Shown in pieces: positions 50,701 through 64,000 of a stretch of DNA of 64,000 nucleotides. Within the stretch, counting starts at the first letter, position 1. Each line of letters starts with the position of its first letter. Below the pieces are notes generated by a model. The model was not told where the DNA came from. It saw only the letters and a list, made by a program, of their open reading frames with translations, and ran no database searches. The position numbers were made by a program, and so were the translations under genes. Location of the stretch: contig CM119268.1 of NCBI GenBank assembly GCA_051294375.1, positions 107,437 through 171,436 on the forward strand. The letters run 5' to 3'. The stretch comes from Paraspadella gotoi. Taxonomy: Eukaryota; Animalia; Chaetognatha.

Positions 50701-50915
50701 CGTTGTGAAGTTAAGAGGGGTGTTGAGGGGTCGTGAGTGAAGTAGAGGGTGTTGAAGGGGCATCGTATAAGTGGAAGGGTTGTTGAAGGCGGTCCTGATG
50801 AAGTGAGGAAGGGTCGGATGAAGTAAGGTGTTGAAGGGGTCCTGTGAAGTGAGAGGGTGTGTTGAAGGGCGACGTGTGAAGTGAGAGGGTGTTGAAGGCG
50901 TCCTGGTGAAGTGAG
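47776..50915 (+). repeat. 31-bp G-rich satellite array (noisy)
   Basis: Same unit; ends at the same junction TCCTGGTGAAGTGAGAGGAAAGTCAGAG. Confidence 0.95.
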
Positions 50916-51099
50916 AGGAAAGTCAGAGTCACCAGATGGTAAATTTATGCGACTGAAGGAAAATGATGTGATTGAACGCTTAAAAGATTTAGAAGTGACT
51001 CCTTCTTCTCTCTTCTTCCTCCCTTCCCCCCTCCTTCTCCCCCTCTGCTCGCTTCTCTCTCTCTCCTTCCTCTTCCCGTCCTCTTTCCCTTCTTCTCTC

Positions 51100-51182
<83 letters not shown>

Positions 51183-52319
51183 CTCTCTCTCGCTTTCTCT
51201 GTCTCGCTTTCTCTCTCTCTCTCTCTCTCTCTTTTCTCTTCTTCTCTCAAAATAGAGAGAGCAGGGTGACAAAGGATTTGTGAAAGAAAGCCAAAAAAAA
51301 TAGAAAATCCCTATTTTTATTTCTCCAAAAACTGAGACGACGATTGATGATGACGACGACGAAAATGACGATGACGGACGACGATGACGATGTGACGACG
51401 ACGATGACGACGGTGACGACGATAAATTATGGGACGATGGGACTACGAAGACAACATGAATAGGCCATTCAGTTTTAATTTTTTCATTTACAATTGTTTT
51501 AATTGTATTGCAAATTTTACACTTTACAATTTCAGAACTTTTATTAAATGCCTTGATCTTTTTTTTTTCAAAGTCTTAAAATACTAATAAAAATAATTAA
51601 AATAAGAACGGCGATACTAATAAGTCTTGCGCCGCATAGACTTTCTCATAACGTGTTTGTTCGACGCCACATGCATTTCGGAATTTGTTTTTATTCTTAT
51701 TTTTAAAAGGAGAGGTGGCGCTAGAAGTCGCTTAGATTCAACGTCAGCAAAAATAACAAAGAAAAAAACTAAGTTAAACTGTGTTTGAATTTTTTATCAT
51801 GTTATCAATTTTTGACACTCACAGTATGATATATATGGCATGTTAAAGGACCTACAATTTTATGCCAAAATATGAATTTAAAAAAAACTTAAAAAACTTA
51901 GATACAGTTCCAGTTTTTTTACATTGTTTTGATGCCATTACTGTTTTAGTATTCAATTGTGTTAATATCGGTTTTGTTATTAATATAAAAAAATATGAAA
52001 TTACTTGAAGTTTTTTAATGTAAGTGGGCAGACCAACTGACCAAAAAGTGACTTTTTAGATTGATCCGGAATACTCTCGGTTACTAACAAGCATTTAGCT
52101 AAAATATATTATAGAAGGACGTTGAAATACAGGCGGAGATAACAGCGACGACAACGACGACGACGATGATTGACGACAACATTTTCAATGCTCAGAAAGC
52201 ATCGCATCGAAGATTATTCAGGTCGTAAAGTGAACGCTAACAAAGTGATTTTGAGAGAGGCTGATCCCTCGAAAAAAGGGGTTTCTTTAAAAGAAAAAAA
52301 AGAACAAACAGAGAAAAGA

Positions 52320-52367
<48 letters not shown>

Positions 52368-53339
52368 AGAGAGAAGAGAGAGAAAGAGGAGCAATAGAGG
52401 AGAGATAAGACGAGGATCATTCAGTAATTAGTATAAAAACAAAATGAAATAAATAAATAAATAAATTAATGATTAAATATGTTTGTTGATTGTACATAAT
52501 TTACTCTGGGAAGGGAGATGAGGAAAAAGGAGAGGAAGAGGAGGAGGAAAAGAGGAGTAGGAGAGGAAGAGGAGGGAGGCCACCTCTTTTCTGAGACAAA
52601 ATTGAGAAAGAAAACGGGCTACTTTGTTTTATTCGGTCGAAGATTTTAAAGGAGGACGAGAAAAAGTGAAGAAAGGGAGAAAAGGCAGATAAATAAAGAA
52701 AAGATGAAAAGATAAGATGATAAAGAAGATAAAAAAAATATTAAAACATTAGATGATGGAAAAATGAATTACAAGGATAAAAGTTTTTTAGGTAAAAGTT
52801 AACTAGCAAAATTCAGATCTATTTATTTTGATAATGCTTTATAATAAAATTTTAAAACAAGAACGGTAATTCAAATGCGTTAACCATGACTACAATGACT
52901 TTCTTAGTCCATGAATTTATGACATGAACTTCATCAGAATGACGTATTTTGTTTTTTCTAGTTTTAGGATTTCCTAAAGGCGGCGCTAGTAGTCACTTAA
53001 ATTAAATCGTACAACCCAACTATATCCAAGTTATGAGACAGACAGACATACGACGGACCGACAGACCGAGCGACCGAAAAGTGACTTATAGAGAGTTGCT
53101 CCGCGAGTACTCACGGCGCAACTAAAAAAGCGCCTTTTTTCAAAATCTATTATTTGATATGTAGCTTTTTGTTCTAAACTTCTGTTGACATCGCCCGGTC
53201 AAAAGAATTGATGAGTCAATATTTTATTTATATTTATTAATCATGAGATTAAAAAAATATTTAAAGTAATTTTGTTAATTGATTAGTGGTGTTATTAGAA
53301 ATTTAAAAATAAGGAAATAGAAAAAACGCTAATAGAAAA

Positions 53340-55579
53340 TTAAAACATGTAAAAGTAAAATCACAGAAGGAATAATCAAAAAAATAAACAAGATCCATCT
53401 GCAAATGTTGTGAATTGATCGTCAATGAGTGAAGAATAATTAATCACATTGTGATATTGATCATTTCTAAAAGAATACAGCTTTTCACGACAATGGTCGA
53501 TAGCCCCTTTTTGCAAAGTGACATCTCTACAACTCCGAGCAGATAGTAAACGTCCGCCAATAATTGTATCAGTTCTTGAATATCAAAAATCTTTCCTTGC
53601 TTGCTTTCGTTTTATCTCCGAGGTTTTTTAATAAAAATATAACAAATATAAAATAAACTATAAACAAAAGCCAAATTATATTTTCGAAAAAACTCCGCTT
53701 TTTGGGATTTTCTTTTGATTACAAAATAAGGATTAAAAATTTGGTAAAAAAGATGCGCAAATGAAAAAGAAAAAAAACCTTCGTTTAAAATGTAATAACC
53801 GTAAAAATTTTTTATTGTTTCGTCTGATGATATAGATTTAAACTGGACATTCATAAGGGTTAGTCATACCACACAAATTTCTTGGCTTTTTTTTAAATCT
53901 CTTTTTACTTCGGACCTCGAATAATATCAAAAGTTTATCGCTTGGTAAAAGATAGAGAAAAATTAAGAAAAAATGAATGCTACTATAAAATCAGTTTTCG
54001 TTGGTGAAATCTTTTTAGAATAAAATTTTGTTGGAATAACAAAAGGATCATTAACAATCCTAATGGAAAAACCTGGGATAATAATTTATTTAATGGGTTA
54101 GATTTTTGTACATTAAGCCACACCATTGTTGTGAAAAAGGCAATAGATTCAAAACACAATATATAATTGAGTAGATTCTTTGTAAAAATCAATAATAAGA
54201 AAGAATCGAACAAATTTAAAATTAATTCAAATCCGGGAGAAAAAATATTGTCTGTCCTTGCGTATAAAATAAAGCGCTATTTCCAACAATTAACAACATA
54301 TTATGACCCCTTATATTTTCCACTAGAGAATAATCAATATTTTTCCTGTTTTGAATTGTTAAAAAGAAATCAGTAAATGCTTTGTGCCCAAGTATCCACT
54401 CGCCCGGGAAAATCTGGCCTTATATTTGAAGTAAAAATTGTTTCGTTGTTACGAAACTGAAGTCTTAAAATTGAAAAAGACATAAAAGGCAGAATTTTAT
54501 TTTCTCTGATCAGCAACGCCAAATCTTAAGCTGAAACTATAATAATCCTTAGCCAGTTATCATGATTTTCATACGTGAGGCTAACAGCTAAAATAAAAAA
54601 ATTGTATAAAATCATAATCAAATTTTGTACCCAATCGTTTTTAAGGACTTGAATGTTCTTTATATTCAGATAATTTTGACATTGCCACATTGATATTAAA
54701 ATAAACTTAAGTTGAGTTACTGTAAAAACTCTTAATATTAAAATGGACATAAAACTGCAAACCAAAAGAATTTTTCCACACATTTGAATAAATAAAATAC
54801 AATCCTAAAGATAGACCCACAGTTTCTTGAACACAACTCGATACAAAGCAAAGGCTTCTAAATTTCCCGGACAAGTACCTAACCGAAGTTTAGAAGAAGC
54901 AATTGCCACAGATATTGTGATACAGCAGCAGAAAATAGAGTAAATATTCTTTAACTCGCCAAGTGCAGACATATTCTACTCCCGGCTGAAACAAAGAAGA
55001 CTTTTTGCACAAACACTTTAAATTTTGCCTTGTAATTGTATTATTACCAAGACGGTAATACAAAATTCCGTTTACACTCTCACTATCGTTAAATACTTGA
55101 AGAAAATTTGGTAAACATTGTTCGTCGTTTTCAAATGTCATAATATAAACAGAGACTGCAGTTTGCAAAAGCATCTGTAAAAAGATTCTAAAATGACATG
55201 TGTGTAATTCAAAACAAAGAGATAGTTTTCTTTGAACTTAATCGGTTCAAGCTTTTGACTTTTTTTTAGTCAAGTTTAAATCCATTGATATTGGAATGAA
55301 CCAAGGCCACTAATAAAACAGAAAACAGTTAAACTTTTTTTCACTTTAGTTTTCCAAATTTCAGGAAAATAGTTTCCATGTTGTTTCAAAATGTACAAAC
55401 CAAAAAATGCAGAGACAAGATTATGAAACATTATTATAAATAGGGAGGCCAGGCCGAAATTTCTTATTCTGTGAACTTGAGATGTTAAATTATCAACATA
55501 GTTTTAAGATCAGTTGCCACATCAACTATTCCAAGAATTGTAGTTATCACTAATTCAATCTTTTTCAAATTGATAACAT
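53340..55579 (-). pseudogene. Second copy of the XK-like gene with many 1-bp indels (true pseudogene or uncorrected sequencing errors)
   Basis: Colinear with 42487-44727 from start to stop. ORF fragments 53612-53854, 53983-54213, 54526-54783 and 54890-55174 match the same protein. Many indels lie in homopolymers. Confidence 0.8.
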
Positions 55580-55863
55580 TTTTTCTCAGTTTTATGAAAT
55601 ATCGAATTTGACGATAAACTTATTTGGTTGCAGACTAAATCTACATATACGAGTAATATAGAATTATCTTGCCTTCTAATTATGAATTTTAAATTCAGTG
55701 CGATGAGATGCAAGACTTGCTCACGTGGGTTAAGATATTTCTGAAAAGAAAAAAAACAACAAATCGATTTTAAAAGAACAAGTAAAATTACATTATTATA
55801 TTGATAAAATTTTGATCTAAATAATTTTTTAATAATATTTTATCAATACATCATCAATACACG

Positions 55864-55905
55864 AGTCTCTTTGGAGTGTGGGGTTCGAATCTACCGCTGT
55901 CACCA
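55864..55905 (+). pseudogene. Duplicate of the tRNA-Leu 3' fragment
   Basis: Same sequence within unit copy 3. Confidence 0.7.
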
Positions 55906-56495
55906 CATTTAAGGAAAGACTCATGGATTTTTAGGTTGAAATCAATACGATTTTATTCTGAGGGAATAAACGTGACGGCGAGACGCGCGCAGGAGTCTTG
56001 ATCAATGCTACTGAAACTAGAACAAGCTAAGTCTATTTATAACTAGGAAGAGAATCGGCGACGTGGTAAAAATTACAGTTCCAATGATTCTGCCAAGCTG
56101 ATTGGTCGATTGCGGTTCCATGCTTGACCAATCAGGATTCAGCGATTCCATTTCCGCGGAGATCGATTTGCTTTAGGTGACTTGACACTCCTGCGATGAC
56201 ATAGGAACCAGATATGAAATCTCGATTGCGAAAATGTGGTGAATGAAAAACTGGCGAACGCGTCAAATATATAAAAGATAAAGACGAATATTTCTCGACT
56301 GATAGAGATAAATGTCATTGATATCATGATGTCATGATGTCCTAGATATTTCGGTCTCCATTTTAATGTCAGAAGAAAAAAAGTTCAGATCTGATGTCAA
56401 ATGTCAATTGTGACATTTAAGTCTCTACCGCCAAAAATCGACCGGATATGTATCGCACATTATCCACGAGTAACTACAGTGACATGTCTCTCTCT

Positions 56496-56563
<68 letters not shown>

Positions 56564-57667
56564 CTCGTGTGATAAATGTTACTCACGCTATTGTTAAAAC
56601 GTCATCTTTTTTATTTATTTTCTAAATGAAAATAAAAAAAAAATGGTTGGCGAAAAAAAAAATGACGACCAGAATCAAAAACCAAATAACAGAAAAGTGA
56701 TTTTTGGATCCAAAAAGATTTTCTTTCTTTTTTTTCTCATTTTTTTTTTTACTGGAATCAATTTCAATTTTTATTAATTTTTTATCGAGCGAAAAAAATT
56801 AGCCTTTTTTTAATTAATTTTTCAGGAGGTAGAGGGAGATGAAAAACTAGCACTATTTTCTGAAATCGCCTAATTTTTATCCTAATCCCTAAACTTAATT
56901 TAAGCTTGATATTTAACTAACCCTAAATCCTAAACACTAAACCATAAACTCTCCTCCTAATCCTAATCTAATTATTAAATTTAATCTCAAACCCTATTCC
57001 TTCGCAAAACCCCTCAACCCTTAAATCAAATCACAAACTAATTTTTTTATTAATTTAAATGAAATGAGGAAGTTTCGGAATATAGGACCGAAAAGGGCAG
57101 TAAGGAGGGGAAAATTAGGAAGAGGAGGAGGAAGAGGAATCGGTTCTGAATGGAGAAGCGAGAAAGTGAATCGTGAAAAATCTAGTAAAAACTTTATGAA
57201 TTTTTAACATAATAAATATTAATAAATATTTATAGTTATTTATGTAGGAATTTTTTAAAATATAATTTAAAACATAATTATTTATTGATTATTATTTATT
57301 TTAATTATTTTATGTATGAATTTCAGCCAAAATTTTGTTGGGAAAAAAAAAACAAAAAGGCGAAAAGATCGTCTTCTGTCGTTTTCTCTTAGAACGAAAC
57401 ATTTTTGTTGAACGTAACAACGACGATGACGACGACGACAACGACTGCCACTAAATACGATAACATTGAACATTTATCTAAGAGAAAGAGAGAGAGAGAG
57501 GGAGATAGGGGAGGAGGAGAAATAACATTGAACATTAATCCAAGTGGAGCTTTAAAAGTGACTTAGATAACTCAGATGTGTTTTTAAGTTACTGAAAAAG
57601 GTTTAAACTAATGAAACTTTTGTGTTTAGGTATTCGGTTTGAGCTATTGAGGCTCGGTGTGGACGAA

Positions 57668-57723
<56 letters not shown>

Positions 57724-58170
57724 CTTTTTTTTTTTCTGTGTCTACTTTTTGGGTGATCTTGAAAAAAAAATGGAAAGATTTTATGAAGAACGAAAGTCGA
57801 AAAGAATCTTTGGTCTGAATGAATCAAGATTTTCGTCTTTTGTTAGATACAAAAAAGAGGAGGGCAAATAGACAGACAGATTGACTGAAAGGCAGACAGA
57901 CAGATAGACAAAGAACAAAAAACTGTCTTGTTGAAGAATGAAATAAAAAAATAAGAAAGAAATAAAAAAAGAAAGAAAGAAAAATTAGTCAATTAACAAA
58001 ATAAATGAAATGATATTTGTCAGAAAGAAAAAGATATACACAATATACTAGAGAAAGAAAAAAATATAAAATAGAATAGTTTATTTCTATTTTTTGGGAT
58101 TGTTGATTGCATTAACATTGAAAAAGGAAGAAAAAAAAGCGAAAAATAAGAATTCTAAACAAAAAAAGAA

Positions 58171-58228
<58 letters not shown>

Positions 58229-58419
58229 GCTTACTGACAATCAAGACAACGTTTGACTTTTTTTAGGAAATTTAATAAAAAAAATAATTAAAATTAAACA
58301 AACAAGTTTTTATTTAATTTGTCAAAAATCATTTTACTTTTCATTCCATTAACGCGTCGCAAAATAACCCAACATTATGTATACACGTATGCCACGAAAT
58401 TATTGATTTAAGAGGCTCT

Positions 58420-58479
<60 letters not shown>

Positions 58480-60050
58480 TAAGAATCCTTTTAACATTCC
58501 AGTCTTTTTATCGAGCCATGACCGGCGAAGCCGGTTCAGGCTCTATAATGTTTTAGATTTGCTTCTTTGTGACGTCGTCGTTCGTCGTTCGTCGTCGGCG
58601 TCGTCGTCGTCGTCGTCGTCGTCGGCGTCGGCGTCACGCTATTTTATATAAAAACTACTACGCTTTTTATAGGTTTGGTTGGGACTTACCGTTTTTTTTT
58701 AAATAAAAATTATTATGAATTATGATAAAGTTTTACAAAAGTGTGCGATCATAGTAAGTTAAAAATTTAGATATGGCATTCTCATCTTGAAATAGCTTTG
58801 ATATTTTCGATTTAAGTATTTTTTGTTTGAATTTCCACTTCATTATAATTTACTGCAGTATGCAAATGAGATTATAGTACTCATTATATATCCAAATTAG
58901 TATATAGAAATGCTTTAATCTAATTTACATATTGCAGTATATAATATTGAAGATGAAATTCAAAAATTTTTTTAAATCTATAATAAAAATGGGAACACAA
59001 AATAACTTTTTAATGAGAAGCTATATCTTAATTTTAATACAAATAAAAATAAAATCTTTTACAAGCTGCGATTGGAAAAAATTAGAAAAATTTCCAATTG
59101 TAAACAATTGTAACATATTTTTGACATATTTTATCGTTACTTTTATTTCTTATTATCAATTTATATATTACGTATTTATTTTTTCTGATATTTTTTTGTT
59201 CATATTTTTGTCAGTTGCTGCTTTTTCTGAACCTTAAAAAACAACGTTCAGGTTCTGCAGTGATTGTTCAGCTGCCTTCCATCTGTTTCTTTCTGTTTTT
59301 CTTTTTCTGTCTCTCTCTCTCTATCTCTGTCTTTCTGTCTCTCTCTCTCTGTACGATCGTTCGTTTTTTGAAAAATTCTTATTATTTTTTTCCTTCTAAA
59401 AAACTTTTATTATCGCCATTTTTTTTTCTCAATACAAAATCCCAAATTTACATCCGAGATTTTCGTGGATTCATTTAAAAAAAAGGGAAGGAATACTTAT
59501 AATGAAGGCAATGTCACATGTACATCAACTTGTATGACAGGTAGGCGATAGTGCCTAATATATCCGGCAATTGGCGCAGATTAATATAAATAATTATATA
59601 ATTATAAAAAATATATCAATCTAAAATTTCCATTCAATTAATTAAGATAATAAAAATTTATTTTGAATAAGAAAAATTAGTAAAATAAGTGATGAATTTC
59701 ACTATATATTGTTATAGAGATTATAATTTTTGGACCGTTCTTATTTGAAAATAGTTTAGCTTTATAGCAACGAGTTTTCCATTTTCATACAATCAAATCA
59801 ATCTATTCTTTTCAATAATATGCAAAAAAAAATAAGGTTTTCAACCTATTTTGAACTAGATGAACAAAAGACTTCAGTCTTATTTCAATTGAAAAAAAAA
59901 ATAGAAAGTTAATTGATGCTTTAATCACACAACTAAAACAATTTTATTTTTATCACGCCACTTTTTTCTTAATACAAAATCCCAATTTATTTCCGAGATT
60001 TTCGTGGATTTTTAATTTTTTCCTTCTAAAAACTTTTATTATTATCCTTA

Positions 60051-60089
<39 letters not shown>

Positions 60090-60095
60090 ATAACT

Positions 60096-60365
60096 CATCG
60101 CGTCAATGAATGACTAGCATCGCATCAATGAATAACTATTATAGCATCAATGAATGACTATCATCGCATCAATGAATGATTATCATCCGATCAATGAAGT
60201 ACTATCATCACATCAATGAATGATTATCATCGCATCAATGAATGATTATCATCGCATCCATCATTTGGTTATCATCGCATCAATCCTTGGTTATCATCGT
60301 ATCAATATTTGGTTATCATCGCATCAATATTTGGTTATCATCGCATCAATATTTGGTTATCATCA
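60096..60365 (+). repeat. 22-bp minisatellite with two variant blocks
   Basis: CATCGCATCAATGAATGAYTAT units followed by CATCGCATCAATATTTGGTTAT units. Confidence 0.9.
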
Positions 60366-60485
60366 AAAGCAGGCTCGATCCCTATTGCTTTTAAGATTTT
60401 TAACCTTTAAGATTACATTTGTCCAGGGTTTTAAAATCTGACCGCTCTGTCTTATTAAAACAGATTGAGTGTTAATTAGAGCAGG

Positions 60486-60523
<38 letters not shown>

Positions 60524-60548
60524 NNNNNNNNNNNNNNNNNNNNNNNNN

Positions 60549-63098
60549 CGTGATGAAGTGAGAGGGTGTTGAAGGGGTCGTGGTGAGTGAGAGGGGTGTT
60601 GAAGGGGACGTGATGAAGTGAGAGAGTGTTGAAGGGGTCCTGGTGAAAGTGAGAGGGTGTTGAAGGGGTCGTGGTGAAATGAGAGGGGTGTTGAAAGGGG
60701 ACGTGATGAAGTGAGAGAGGATGTTGAAGGTGTGTGGTGAAGTGAGAGGGGTGTTGAAGGGTCGTGTGAAGTAGAGGGTTTGAAGGGGACGTGATGAACT
60801 GAGAGAGGTGTTGAAGGTGTCGTGGTGAAGTGAGAGGGATGTTGAAGGGGTCGTGATGAGTAAGAAGGGGTGTTGAAGGGGTTCGTTGGTGAAGTGAGAG
60901 GGTGTTGAAGGGGTCGTGGTGAAGTGAGATGGGTGTTGAAGGGACGTGATGAAGTGAGAGAGGTGTTGACGGGGTCGTGGTGAAGTGAGAGGGGTGTTGA
61001 AGGGGACGTGATGACGTGAGAGGGGTGTTGAAGGGGTCCTGGTGAAGTGAGAGGGGTGTTGGAAGGGTCCGTGATGAAGTGAGAGGGGTGGTGAAGGGTC
61101 CTGGTGAAGTGAGATGGGTGTTGAAGGGTCGTGGTGACGTGAGAGGGGTGTTGAAGGGGTCGTGGTGAAGTGAGAGGGGTTTGAAGGGGGTCCTGTGAAG
61201 TGAGATGGGTGTTGAAGGGATCGTGGGGAAGTGAGAGGGGTGTTGAAGGGGCGTGGTGAAGTGAGAGGGGTGTTGAAGGGGTCGTGATGAAAGTAAGAGG
61301 GGTGTTGAAGGGATCGTGATGAAGTAAGAGGGGTGTTGAAGGGGTCGTGGTGAAGTGAGAGGGGTGATGAAGGGTCGTGGTGAAGTTAGAGGGGTGTTGT
61401 GAAGGGGTCGTGATGAAGTAAGAGGGGTGTTGAAGGGGTCGTGGTAAAGTGAGAGGGGTGTTGAAGGGGTCGTGGTGAAGTTAGAGGGGTGTTGAAGGGG
61501 TCGTGATGAAGTAAGAGGGGTGTTGAAGGGGTCGTGGTAAAGTGAGAGAGGTGTTGAGGGTCGTGGTGAAGTGAGAGAGGTGTGAAGGGTCGTGTGAAGT
61601 GAGAGGGGTGTTGAAAGGGTCGTGGTGAAGTGAGAGGTGTTGAAGGGTCGCTGATGAAGTGAGAGGGGTGTTGAAGGGTCGTGATGAAGTGAGAGGGGTG
61701 TTGAAGGGGACGTGATGAAGTGAGAGAGGTGTTGAAGGGGTCGTGATGAAGTGAGAGGGGTGTTGAAGGGGTCGTGGTGAAGTGAGAGGGTGTTGAAGGG
61801 GACGTGATGAGTGAGAGAGTGTTGAGGGGTCGTGGTGAAGTGAGAGGGTGGTTGAAGGGGTCGTGATGAAGTAAGAGGGGTGTTGAAGGGTCGTGAATGA
61901 GTGAGAGGGGTGTGAAGGGGTTCGTGATGAAGTGAGAGAGGTGTTGAAGGGGCGTGGTGAAGTGAGAGGGGTGTTGAAGGGGTCGTGGTGAAGTGAGAGG
62001 GGTGTGAAGGGGTCGTGATGAAGTTGAGAGAGGTGTTGAAGGGTCGTGGTGAAGGGAGAGGGGTGTTGAAGGGACGTGATGAAGTGAGAGAGGTGTTGAA
62101 GAGGTCGGGTGAAGTGAAGGGGTGTTGAAGGGACGTGATGAAGAGTGAGAGAGGTGTTGAAGGGGTCGTGGTTTGAAGTGAGAGGGGTGTTGAAGGGGTC
62201 GTGATGAATGAGAGGGGTGTTGAAGGGGTCGTGGTGAAGTGAGAGGGGTGTTGAAGGAGTCGTGTGAAAGTTAGAGGGGATGTTGAGGGGTCGTGGTGAA
62301 GTGAGAGGGTGTTGAAGGGGTCGTGATGAAGTAAGAGGGGTGTTGAAGGGTCGTGGTGAAGTGAGAGGGGTGGTTGAAGGGGACGTGATGAGTGAGAGAG
62401 GTGTTTGAAGGGGTCGTGGTGAAGTGAGAGGGGTGTTGAAGGGTCGTGTGAAGTGAGAGGGGTGTGAAGGGGTCGGGGTGAAAGAGAGGGGTTTTGAAGG
62501 GGTCCTGTGAAGTGAGAGGGGTGTTGAAGGAGTCGTGGTGAAGTGAGAGAGGTGTTGAAGGGGTCGTGGTGAAGTGAGAGGGGTGTTGAAGGGGTCGTGG
62601 TGAGTGAGAGGGGTGTTGAAGGGGACGTGATGAAGTGAGAGAGTGTTGAAGGGTTGTGGTGAAGTGAGAGGGGTGTTGAAGGGGACGTGATGAAGTGAGA
62701 GAGGTGTTGAAAGGGGTCGTGGTGAAGTAGAGGGGTGTTGAAGGGACCTGATGAAGTGAGAGGGGTGTGAAGGGGACGTGATGAAGTGAGAGGGGTGTTG
62801 AAGGGGTCGTGGTGAATGAGAGGGTGTTGAAGGGGACGTGATTGAAGTGAGAGAGGTGTTGAAGGGGTCGTGATGAAGTAAGAGGGGTGTTGAAGGGGTC
62901 GTGGTGAAAGTGAGAGGGTGTTGAAGGGGACGTGATGAAGTGAGAGGGGTGTTGAAGGGGACGTGATGAAGTGAGAGGGGTGTGAAGGGGTCGTGATGAA
63001 GTAAGAGGGGTGTTGAAGGGGTCGTGGTGAAGTGAGAGGGGTGTTGAAGGGGACGTGATGAAGTGAGAGAGGTGTTGAAGGGTCCTGGTGAGTGAGAG
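60549..63098 (+). repeat. 31-bp G-rich satellite array
   Basis: Same unit with GTCGTGG/GACGTGA variants; same right junction. Confidence 0.95.
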
Positions 63099-63192
63099 GA
63101 AAGTCAGAGTCACCAGAGGTAAATTTATGCGACTGAAGAATGTGTGATTGAACGCTTAAAAGATTTAGAAGTGACTCTCTCTCTTTCTCTCT

Positions 63193-63263
<71 letters not shown>

Positions 63264-64000
63264 GCTTTCTCTGTCTCGCTTTCCTCTCTCTCTCTCTCTC
63301 TCTCTCTTTCCTTCTTCTCCAAATAGAGAGAGAGGGTGACAAAGATTTGTGAAAGAAAAGCCAAAAAAAATAGAAAATCCCTATTTATTTCTCCAAAAAC
63401 GATGACGACGATGATGATGACGACGACGAAAATGACGATGACGACGACGATGACGATGTGACGACGACGATGACGACGGTGACGACGATAAATAATGAAC
63501 GATGACTACGAAGACAACATGAATAGGCCATTCAGTTTTAATTTTTCATTTACAATTGTTTTTAATTGTTATTGAAATTTTACACTTTACATTCAGAACT
63601 TTTATTAAATGCCTTGATCTTTTTTTTTTCAAAGTTTTAAAATACTAAATAAAAATAATAAAAATAAGAACGGCGATACTAATAAGTCTTGCGCCGCATG
63701 ACTTTCTCATAACGATGTTTGTTCGACGCGCACTGCATCGAATTTGTTTTTTATTCTTATTTTTAAAAAGGAGAGGTGGCGCTAGAAGTCGCTTAGATTC
63801 ACGCTTCAGCAAAAATAACAAAGAAAAACTAAGTTAAACTTGTGTTGAATTTTTTATCATGTTATCATTTCTTGTCACTCACAGTATGATATATATGCAT
63901 GTTAAGGACTACATTTTATGCCAAATATGAATTTAAAAAAAACTTAAAAACTTAGATACAGTTCCAGTTTTTTTACATTGTTTTGATGCCATTACTGTTT
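63070..64000. repeat. Large repeated unit, copy 4 (runs off window)
   Basis: Matches about 40020-41115. Confidence 0.9.

Larger units (their letters stand above)
50890..58536. repeat. Large repeated unit, copy 3
   Basis: Colinear with 40004-47750; continues into sequence (58537-60520) not seen in other copies in this window. Confidence 0.9.

Noticed and set aside
40004-58536. Repeated unit as an autonomous giant transposon or endogenous virus
   Set aside because: No transposase, integrase, RT, Rep/helicase, polymerase or capsid ORF, and no terminal repeats visible.
32648-63098. 31-bp G-rich arrays as telomeres
   Set aside because: The first array has non-satellite sequence on both sides, and the G-rich strand runs toward the adjacent unit rather than toward a free end.
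60472-63342. 956-aa, 783-aa (32644-34995) and related His/Pro/Thr-rich ORFs
   Set aside because: Translations of the C-rich strand of the 31-bp satellite, which lacks stops; frames drift with indels and run across gaps and microsatellites.

Overview
AT-rich, repeat-saturated eukaryotic (most likely invertebrate animal) scaffold with several 25-N gaps and stretches of error-rich, raw-long-read-like sequence. Only one protein-coding gene is convincing: an uninterrupted 746-aa multi-pass membrane ORF (42487-44727, minus) whose N-terminal part carries XK-related (Xkr scramblase family) motifs. A second, frameshifted copy (53340-55579) differs by a cluster of synonymous substitutions. The gene lies in a unit that starts four times (about 37.9, 40.0, 50.9 and 63.1 kb), each start following a G-rich 31-bp satellite. 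The rest is satellites/minisatellites (148, 38, 16, 31, 63, 33, 29, 22, 15 bp units), microsatellites, two families of DINE-1/HINE-like (Helentron-associated) elements, foldback elements, a tRNA-Met-like SINE family, and two different 3' tRNA fragments (Lys, Leu) that include the CCA tail. Almost all other ORFs in the track are translations of repeats. No prokaryotic system, CRISPR array or transposase/RT ORF is supported. Part of the large-scale duplication may be an assembly artefact.
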